A stretch of DNA of 64,000 bases from an uncultured virus (IMG/VR IMGVR_UViG_3300043410_000946) (Duplodnaviria > Heunggongvirae > Uroviricota > Caudoviricetes), in the IMG/VR virus record IMGVR_UViG_3300043410_000946. One strand, 5' to 3'. Shown in pieces: positions 57,536-64,000 of the stretch. A program made the position numbers and the translations under genes. Positions within the stretch are counted from its first letter, which is position 1, and each line of letters begins with the position of its first letter. The notes under the pieces are model-generated. The model saw only the letters and a list, made by a program, of their open reading frames with translations. It was not told where the DNA came from and made no database searches.

Positions 57536-59307
57536 ATTAGATTGAATCTATCCAAATAGTCTTTTACCTCTTTTGGCATAGGTTTATATTCTATCACACC
57601 TGTTAGAGGGTTGTCAACTTTAGGTCTATCCCTAAATGTATGAATCTCTACTTCAGCGTTATTATCCTTTGGGGTATGAGAGATAGCCCCAAAGATTGCA
57701 CCACACACGGCATCCGCTAAGTCTTTAGAAGATTTTCGTGGGTGGTCAACTTTATTATTTTTCATAATCTTGAGTTCGGTTAACTCCTCAAACAAAAGAT
57801 CGATTGCTGGCATTGCAAGTCTTTCCTCATATACTAGCATAGCCATGTCCTCATAGTGCTTTTTAGCAACAGAAACAGTATCAGTTCTCATTCCTACCTG
57901 CTTTAACTCATTTTGAATATCAAATGATTGCCAGCGGTCAAAGGATACTATTCCAATATTAAAACCAAGCCTTCTCAGGTTTTGGATCCACTGCTTTACT
58001 TCAGATAGGTTGACTGGTCCTTCTACTTTAGGCTCCCAGTATGCAACTGCATCAACAACTACTACTGGGGCAACTTGCTCATAATTATTAATTACCTGAA
58101 TATTTACCCACTTCTCTACATGGGCAATAGCAACAGCACACTTGTCATGCCTTTGGGCAAGGTCAGCATGTACATAATAAACCTTATCTGGATCTGGCTT
58201 AAATGATTCATCAAATCTTCTAAAGTTATCAAGTGGGTTTCTTAATGTCATGCATGATCTAACCTTATCTACCTGCTTAAAAAATGCATCAGTTGAATAT
58301 GTTGGTACACAAGCAAAGCGTTGCATGGCATCGCCTAGGTCAGTAAAGAATGAAACCTTAAAATCGTCAACTTTTCTTGTTGGATTAACAACCCATGTTG
58401 GTCTCTTTAGTGCAAATACTCCTGGGTACTTATATGAAAGAATTGTATCTTCATCCCAGGAAATTTCAAGAGAATTACCATCTGCATCTTCAGGAAGATC
58501 TTCATTCATAATAAACTTATGTGTCTTTGTTATTACATCTTTTTCTGCAATTACATCATCATATCTTTGTGAGATAAAGTCTCCAGGATAACGGGGGAAT
58601 GAGAGTAGTGCTACCTTGCCAAGATCTGGGAAACGGGAATCTACGGAAGCACGGAAGGCCTTGTAAATATTATCAGCAGTCTTACCTTGGTCATTTCCAG
58701 TTCCTACTTCTTGAGCAAAACCAGAAATTTCGTCAAGCACTGCAAGTAGAAGGTTTAAACCCTCATGTGATTCACGCTCTGAGTGACCAGAGTAAACAGT
58801 AATAGCATGATCAAACTCAATAGATTCTGCCTTTGGATTAAACTTACCTGCAAACCAAGGTGACTTCTCAATCTTTGTTTTAAAACCTTTAAAGAAAACG
58901 TTTTTGGCCTGCTGAGCGTTAATAGCAACGTTAATAATATCAATTGCATCTCCAGAAGGCTTTCCAAAATATCTAGCAGGATCTTTTAGACATAGAAGTT
59001 TGTATACAATATATGCACATGCTACTGTAGATGTAAAGTCTTTTCCAGATCCCTTGCCAAGTTGCAGGATAACTTCATTCTTTGTGTATTTCTTATAATA
59101 TCTTGTGCCCTCTTCTGCACCCATTAGATCAATCAAATCTTCTAGTTTGTAGATCTGACTCATAGCCTCAACAATGTCATACTGGATTGGAGACAGTGGT
59201 GGTTGATTTAGATAGTCTTCTCCCTCAACAAATGTCTTTGCATTTACTGGCTTTTCAGCAAAATTATTATCCTTGAGTACTTCTAAGAACTCATCAAACA
59301 TCAGCAA
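57532..59307 (-). CDS. terL: Terminase large subunit
   Basis: Walker A GKGSGKD; Walker B VLDE; nuclease HADLA...D, FDRW, KDLADA. Confidence 0.9.
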   Translation of the reverse strand: MLMFDEFLEVLKDNNFAEKPVNAKTFVEGEDYLNQPPLSPIQYDIVEAMSQIYKLEDLIDLMGAEEGTRYYKKYTKNEVILQLGKGSGKDFTSTVACAYIVYKLLCLKDPARYFGKPSGDAIDIINVAINAQQAKNVFFKGFKTKIEKSPWFAGKFNPKAESIEFDHAITVYSGHSERESHEGLNLLLAVLDEISGFAQEVGTGNDQGKTADNIYKAFRASVDSRFPDLGKVALLSFPRYPGDFISQRYDDVIAEKDVITKTHKFIMNEDLPEDADGNSLEISWDEDTILSYKYPGVFALKRPTWVVNPTRKVDDFKVSFFTDLGDAMQRFACVPTYSTDAFFKQVDKVRSCMTLRNPLDNFRRFDESFKPDPDKVYYVHADLAQRHDKCAVAIAHVEKWVNIQVINNYEQVAPVVVVDAVAYWEPKVEGPVNLSEVKQWIQNLRRLGFNIGIVSFDRWQSFDIQNELKQVGMRTDTVSVAKKHYEDMAMLVYEERLAMPAIDLLFEELTELKIMKNNKVDHPRKSSKDLADAVCGAIFGAISHTPKDNNAEVEIHTFRDRPKVDNPLTGVIEYKPMPKEVKDYLDRFNLI

Positions 59308-59827
59308 TCACCGTAATTACTTCTGACTCCTTTGATACTGATGAAAGTCTACGCATAATTTCATCACGAATCTGTGGATATTCAGATGCAATATCTCTAA
59401 GAATTCCAATTAGGATTTCTTGTCTTCTTTCAATCTCAAGCATTTCCTCTGCAAGTTCTTTGTTTTCAAGCAGACCTGCCTTCTGTAGCATGTCAATTCT
59501 TTTGGATTCAATGTCCATAACAAGTTTGATTGCCTGAGTCTTTGCTGTAAGATTGTTTGTCATAGATGCTTCATCAATAACCTCATATGATTTAGAGATC
59601 AACTTGCCATAATGTGTATCTGCAGCAGCAAGTGCTTCTTTTGCACGAGCACGAATTGCAGCATTGTTTGACGCACTAACTTTCCACTCATCAATATAAG
59701 CAACAACTCTTTGTCTTGGAATTGCTAAGTCTTTAGAGATTTGTGTTGGATCATTACCCTTAAGGTATTCTTCTACAACCTGATTAACTTGGTCTTGGTG
59801 CTTTACTAGGTCATCTTCAATTGACAT
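59294..59827 (-). CDS. Probable terminase small subunit
   Basis: N-terminal HTH, helical; directly upstream of TerL. Confidence 0.6.
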   Translation of the reverse strand: MSIEDDLVKHQDQVNQVVEEYLKGNDPTQISKDLAIPRQRVVAYIDEWKVSASNNAAIRARAKEALAAADTHYGKLISKSYEVIDEASMTNNLTAKTQAIKLVMDIESKRIDMLQKAGLLENKELAEEMLEIERRQEILIGILRDIASEYPQIRDEIMRRLSSVSKESEVITVIADV

Positions 59828-60062
59828 TGTATTTGCCCTCCAAGCGATTTATTTCATCTTTAATGTAGAAGATTGCCTTCTCTAAATCCTGAATTGTTTT
59901 TGACTCATCCTTAAGTCCTGCTCTCCATAGGTACTTAAAGGCATTGCCAATATTAAAGTTGCGATGACGAGTAATCTGAATACACTCAACGCCAGATGGA
60001 TCACTTGTATAATGTGATGGGTGGTTAACTTGGTCAACTGTAATGTTTAGGTTTGTAGTCAT
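59817..60062 (-). CDS. DUF3310-family protein
   Basis: VNHPSHY...ECI...GNAFKYLWRAG.K...DLEKA..Y. Confidence 0.85.
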   Translation of the reverse strand: MTTNLNITVDQVNHPSHYTSDPSGVECIQITRHRNFNIGNAFKYLWRAGLKDESKTIQDLEKAIFYIKDEINRLEGKYNVN

Positions 60063-60214
60063 CGTCTGCTCTTTCTTAATCCAAATTTTGCAAGGTAAAC
60101 ATATACTGTCTCAACGCTTACTCCGCACTCCTTAGCAATTTCCTCTGGAGACTTTCTGTCAATATGAAATCTTTTCTTTAACCAAAGTTCATTAGTGTAT
60201 AGTTTATTACTCAT
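60059..60214 (-). CDS. Small HTH DNA-binding protein
   Basis: SPEEIAKECGVSVETVYVYL; read manually. Confidence 0.7.
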   Translation of the reverse strand: MSNKLYTNELWLKKRFHIDRKSPEEIAKECGVSVETVYVYLAKFGLRKSRR

Positions 60215-60461
60215 CAAAGAACTCCGAATTAAACTTCCATTGCATGACTTCTGGGCCTTTGTCGATCATCTCAAACATACGCTCCTCAAAGTCTCCCTTT
60301 AGTTGTCTGTACAGTTTTGGATGAACAGACTTTAGTTTATCTGTTATATAGTATAGCATTTCTCCAGTCTTGCTGTCAATTCCAGAGATTTCTACAGCAC
60401 CCTGCAAAATCAAGTGCTCAATCAGAGCCTCAGACTTTGGGTTAGTTTTAGTTTGTTCCAA
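60207..60461 (-). CDS. Hypothetical protein, paralog of 48131-48469
   Basis: LILQGAVEISGIDSKTGEMLY. Confidence 0.6.
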   Translation of the reverse strand: MEQTKTNPKSEALIEHLILQGAVEISGIDSKTGEMLYYITDKLKSVHPKLYRQLKGDFEERMFEMIDKGPEVMQWKFNSEFFDE

Positions 60462-61041
60462 TTGCCTTGCTCCAATTCTTTAATGCCCAGTGCCCAATTC
60501 CACAAGCATCTGCAACATCATTATCAGTAATAGCCCTATCGTACTGAACATTGATAAAGTTAATAGTTCTTTGCTTTCTTAAGTCTCTTTCATAAGACTT
60601 TAGCCATGATTCAGATTTTCCTGGATTTTGAGATTTAATATATAGTTTTTCATCTTTGGAGATTTTTTTATTACCAATATAATTTTGCCATGTGATTGGG
60701 GCAACCTTGCCAATAACCTTTGTTCCAGACTGACCTGCTGCCCCAAGAATAGCCCCTTGAACTAATGCCAGATCTGCAGCAGTCTTAGGGCTATTCATGA
60801 ATACAGTATGCTCGATTACTATTGCTTCAAACCCACCATAATAATCAAAGAATGCTTTTACTTTTTGACCAGCATCCATAACCTTTTGATATGTATCTTT
60901 TCCTTGAAAGTTTATTTTACCAACTACACCCAATGTTTTTTGTTGGGTATCAAAAAGAGCAAAGGCAAGGCTATTTGTACTTGCGTCTATTGCACAAATA
61001 GTTTGTGGAGCCTTTGTTCCTATTGCCTCTGCTAGTTTCAC
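60448..61041 (-). CDS. RuvC-like Holliday junction resolvase
   Basis: AIDAST, IVIE, D..ADA.GIG. Confidence 0.8.
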   Translation of the reverse strand: MKLAEAIGTKAPQTICAIDASTNSLAFALFDTQQKTLGVVGKINFQGKDTYQKVMDAGQKVKAFFDYYGGFEAIVIEHTVFMNSPKTAADLALVQGAILGAAGQSGTKVIGKVAPITWQNYIGNKKISKDEKLYIKSQNPGKSESWLKSYERDLRKQRTINFINVQYDRAITDNDVADACGIGHWALKNWSKAIGTN

Positions 61042-61313
61042 TTTGAACTATTCCTAATCTGTTTTAATGCTTTGTTTACATCATTTGGATTGACAGTGCA
61101 CTTGGTACAAAGAGCGTCATCATTATAAATCGATAAGCCCTCTCCGCAACACTTACACTTTCTATTTTTACCTATTCGTCTTTGTCTTCTCTCTATAATA
61201 TATCTTGCTGCAATCTTTTCTTTTGTTGCTGCATCTCTACATTCTACAGAACAGTAGACCTGGTATTTTATTTGTGTTTCAAATACTTTGTCACACCATT
61301 GGCAATGTTTCAT
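61038..61313 (-). CDS. Zn-binding hypothetical protein
   Basis: Four CxxC-like motifs. Confidence 0.6.
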   Translation of the reverse strand: MKHCQWCDKVFETQIKYQVYCSVECRDAATKEKIAARYIIERRQRRIGKNRKCKCCGEGLSIYNDDALCTKCTVNPNDVNKALKQIRNSSK

Positions 61314-62091
61314 CTAGTGGCTCCAAGGACTTTATCTTAAGGTCGCCCTTACCAGCATCTGCACAAGCCTTTTTAATTGGACATGATTTACAAATTTTTG
61401 AATTAGAACGATAGTTTTTCTCAGGTAGGGTTCTATCGACCCAGGCCTTTCGAACATTTCTCATCCATTCAAATGTCTGGTCTACCCACCGACGATAATA
61501 ATCATTTACTTCTACAGGAAGGATTAGTAGTTCGTGGTTGTTTTTATTTTCATAAATAAGAACTGCCTTTGCCTTCTTGAGAATCTTCATATAGATAAGT
61601 AACTGGATCAAGTGGCCAGTCTTTGGCTTCATGTGTGCCTTTCGGTACTCAAAGCCTTCATTCATCATGGTCTTAATTTCTCCAAGGAGTTCTTCTCCCT
61701 GCCAATTAACCATGACATCTCCATACCCAAAGATAGGAGGATCATTGTGTGTAATCTTAAATTCTGCATCAACCAAGAAGTCTGGGACATTCTTCATTGC
61801 ATCCTGAATTCTTTCGTGTGACTTTGTACCAGCAGTCATATTTGCTGCGCTATACGGAGTTGCATCATCTTCAAACATCTGGCCATCGAATGCAAGATAC
61901 CAGTATCGTGGACACTCTCCATGCCCATAGGCAATTGTAGATGGTGCGAATGTCTTCTTTTGCGTATGCTTCTCAACACGGTTAACAATATATCCAGACT
62001 GAATCTTTTCAGTTAAGCCATCAGCATCAATGCTGTGTGGCTTTGGCTTGTCTTGTTTGACCATAATTTGTTGCAATAAACTTTTTGTCAT
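61291..62091 (-). CDS. Cas4-like PD-(D/E)xK exonuclease
   Basis: CPR, GT..H, G.GD...EIK, QL..Y, C..CP...C. Confidence 0.8.
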   Translation of the reverse strand: MTKSLLQQIMVKQDKPKPHSIDADGLTEKIQSGYIVNRVEKHTQKKTFAPSTIAYGHGECPRYWYLAFDGQMFEDDATPYSAANMTAGTKSHERIQDAMKNVPDFLVDAEFKITHNDPPIFGYGDVMVNWQGEELLGEIKTMMNEGFEYRKAHMKPKTGHLIQLLIYMKILKKAKAVLIYENKNNHELLILPVEVNDYYRRWVDQTFEWMRNVRKAWVDRTLPEKNYRSNSKICKSCPIKKACADAGKGDLKIKSLEPLDETLPMV

Positions 62092-62129
62092 GTATTACTC
62101 GTTTCTATTACCTATAAGTATATCAGAAA

Positions 62130-62438
62130 TTATCGGATTATGTATTTGAGTGCAGAGACAAGATTATTAATTGATTCTGCTGCTGTGTAGTATAAGTTCT
62201 TCTTTCCACGATCAGACTTATCCACATTGGCCATCCAGGTAGCCTTGAAAGACATTTTTGCTGCTATAGCCTGAAGTCTAACAATCTCAACTGTAGCCAC
62301 ATTTAGTGGGATATCTGGCTTGATAATAACCTTAGCAATAAATGTTAGGGCTGCGGTTAATTCCTCATCCTGCATATAGTCTGCAATCTCAGATAGTCCA
62401 TTAACCATATCAATAGTTGTTTGTTGCTCACTCATCAT
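62130..62438 (-). CDS. Hypothetical protein
   Basis: Helical 102 aa ORF in the recombination operon. Confidence 0.6.
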   Translation of the reverse strand: MMSEQQTTIDMVNGLSEIADYMQDEELTAALTFIAKVIIKPDIPLNVATVEIVRLQAIAAKMSFKATWMANVDKSDRGKKNLYYTAAESINNLVSALKYIIR

Positions 62439-62724
62439 AGTCTCCCGTTAATTGTTCTAGTAGTTCTACTTCTATTACTGCTAAGCGTACCTTCGCATTA
62501 CCCTCGCCAAGTATGAGAAATAATGCAGGATCATTCCCATTGCGTATAGCATCCGTTACTGCCTTAGCCCAAATATCTTTGTTTACTGTAATTCCCTTTG
62601 GATATTCTTTGAAGTCCACAGTAAAGTTTCTCCATGTAGCATCCCCCTTGTGTGTATTGCGACCAGAGTTCTTGTGTTGTTTAGCGCCAATGCGCTTTGA
62701 CTCACTCTTCTCGCTCATAGTCAC
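62428..62724 (-). CDS. Hjc-like PD-(D/E)xK nuclease
   Basis: E...NSG...KGD...VDFK. Confidence 0.6.
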   Translation of the reverse strand: MTMSEKSESKRIGAKQHKNSGRNTHKGDATWRNFTVDFKEYPKGITVNKDIWAKAVTDAIRNGNDPALFLILGEGNAKVRLAVIEVELLEQLTGDYDE

Positions 62725-62875
62725 GCCTCTTCTTCTTAAGTAGCACCTTACTAAGATGTTTATCCTTACACAGCCAGGTCATCTCATATGTTTCTGGATA
62801 TAGTCTTAGGCTTGGCACACTTGTCTTACATGTATGACAAATAAAGTCACCGTGGTATACAGTATATCTAGCCAT
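62702..62875 (-). CDS. Small Zn-ribbon protein
   Basis: CHTC...WLCKDKH; read manually. Confidence 0.55.
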   Translation of the reverse strand: MARYTVYHGDFICHTCKTSVPSLRLYPETYEMTWLCKDKHLSKVLLKKKRRDYEREE

Positions 62876-63881
62876 TTAGTTTGCTCTTAAGAGAATCTTG
62901 AAGATCTAGATCTTCTTTTACACGATTAACGAATGCTTCTCTTCCCTGAATCTTTGTGCCGTCTTCTAATTGATACCATGCACCTGTACGATTTACAAGG
63001 CCTGCTAACTCAGCGGTGTCCACCAAATCGCCAATACTATCAATGCCGAGATCATCGCCACGAAAATAAAAGTCATACTCTCCAGATTGGAAGCCAGGAG
63101 ATGTCTTAGAGAACTGAAGTTCCCAACGAACCTTTCTGCCAATCTTTTCTTCAATGAGTTTATCCCCAACATGAATCTTACCTTTCAGTGCTTGGTTATC
63201 TGATTCTGACGAAAATAGTTTAATAACCGTAGAGGAATAAAACTTAGTAGCCTGACCACCAGTAGGCTGCTGGCTAGTATACATAGCACTAATATTGTTG
63301 CGAGACTGACTAATAAGGACAAGAAGAGTAGGCTTAACTTTATTATTAGCATAGTTAAGCATCTTCCAAGCGTTGCTAAAGTCTCTTGACTCCGCACCGA
63401 TTTGCTTTGTGTTCTCAAGTTGCTTAAGTTCATCAGAATCCTTTTCAAAATAGATTGCAGGAAGCAATGATGTAATTGAGTCAACAACGATCATATCTAC
63501 TCCTGCCTCCATTAATTGTACACCCACATCTACCATTTCATTAATAGTACGAGCCTGAGAAACAATTAACTTTGATGTATCTACCCCAAGATTTTCTGCC
63601 CACTTCTTATCGTATGACATTTCAGCATCGATCCATGCACAGATCTTTCCTTCCTTCTGTGCTAGACCAATCATCTGTAGACACAGGGAGGACTTTGCGG
63701 ATGACTTTGAACCCCAAATAAGTATTTGTCTACCATACGGAAGCCCACCATTAAGAGCACGGTTTAGCCCAAAACTAGGTGTCTCTGCATACTCTGTCTC
63801 TGCAACAGAATCACCAACCATTACGCTCTTACGCAACTTAGGATTAAGTTGTGCTAGAACATCTTCAACTGTTACTGTCAT
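62868..63881 (-). CDS. recA: RecA/UvsX-like recombinase
   Basis: GGLPYGR, GSKSSAKS, WIDAE, VVDS, ISQ.R, PTGG.A..FYSS, GAWY. Confidence 0.9.
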   Translation of the reverse strand: MTVTVEDVLAQLNPKLRKSVMVGDSVAETEYAETPSFGLNRALNGGLPYGRQILIWGSKSSAKSSLCLQMIGLAQKEGKICAWIDAEMSYDKKWAENLGVDTSKLIVSQARTINEMVDVGVQLMEAGVDMIVVDSITSLLPAIYFEKDSDELKQLENTKQIGAESRDFSNAWKMLNYANNKVKPTLLVLISQSRNNISAMYTSQQPTGGQATKFYSSTVIKLFSSESDNQALKGKIHVGDKLIEEKIGRKVRWELQFSKTSPGFQSGEYDFYFRGDDLGIDSIGDLVDTAELAGLVNRTGAWYQLEDGTKIQGREAFVNRVKEDLDLQDSLKSKLNG

Positions 63882-64000
63882 TGGTTGTCCTCCAGCAATA
63901 GACTCTTTAGGTTGTCTAATTTAAACCCAGACCATATTTCATGTGGAGTCTCAACAATTGGTGCAGACTTAAATCCCATATCAATAAACTCTCTGGTTCT
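63878..64000 (-). CDS. NrdH/glutaredoxin-like protein, C-terminal part
   Basis: MGFKSAPIV...WSGFK.D.L. Confidence 0.7.
   Translation of the reverse strand, partial: RTREFIDMGFKSAPIVETPHEIWSGFKLDNLKSLLLEDNQ

Noticed and set aside
54584..57545. Long plus-strand Ala/Ser-rich ORFs
   Set aside because: Antisense shadows of the minus-strand repetitive genes
61291..62091. Cas4-like gene as evidence of a CRISPR system
   Set aside because: No repeat-spacer array or other cas genes; it sits in a RecA/RuvC recombination operon, typical of stand-alone phage Cas4-like nucleases

Overview
This is a 64 kb piece of a large, AT-rich tailed dsDNA phage, most likely infecting an actinobacterium. The host inference rests on a WhiB gene, many leaderless genes, Crp-type boxes and PafBC-type promoter elements. 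Layout: 1-12.6 kb, minus-strand virion/tail genes with a radical SAM, glycosyltransferase and Thr-rich adhesin cassette. 14.4-27.6 kb, a divergently transcribed early region of small genes separated by repeated regulatory modules. 27.6-28.6 kb, a candidate DnaA-box origin. 29-38 kb, plus-strand middle genes (RtcB, cobalamin adenosyltransferase, HAD phosphatase) and a tRNA cluster; the window holds 14 tRNA or tRNA-like genes in total. 38-64 kb, minus-strand genes for Dps, glycan modification, WhiB, lysis, secreted proteins, terminase, RuvC, a Cas4-like nuclease and RecA. The most striking signals are non-coding: (i) 11 promoters with the fixed geometry TGTCNN-N10-TANNNT of the actinobacterial PafBC/RecA-NDp DNA-damage promoter; (ii) 15 Crp-type TGTGA-N6-TCACA boxes within 15.4-25.1 kb; (iii) six copies of a 26-28 nt H-type pseudoknot with covarying stems just downstream of stop codons; (iv) several other candidate structured RNAs. 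All calls come from reading the sequence by eye; no database searches were run.
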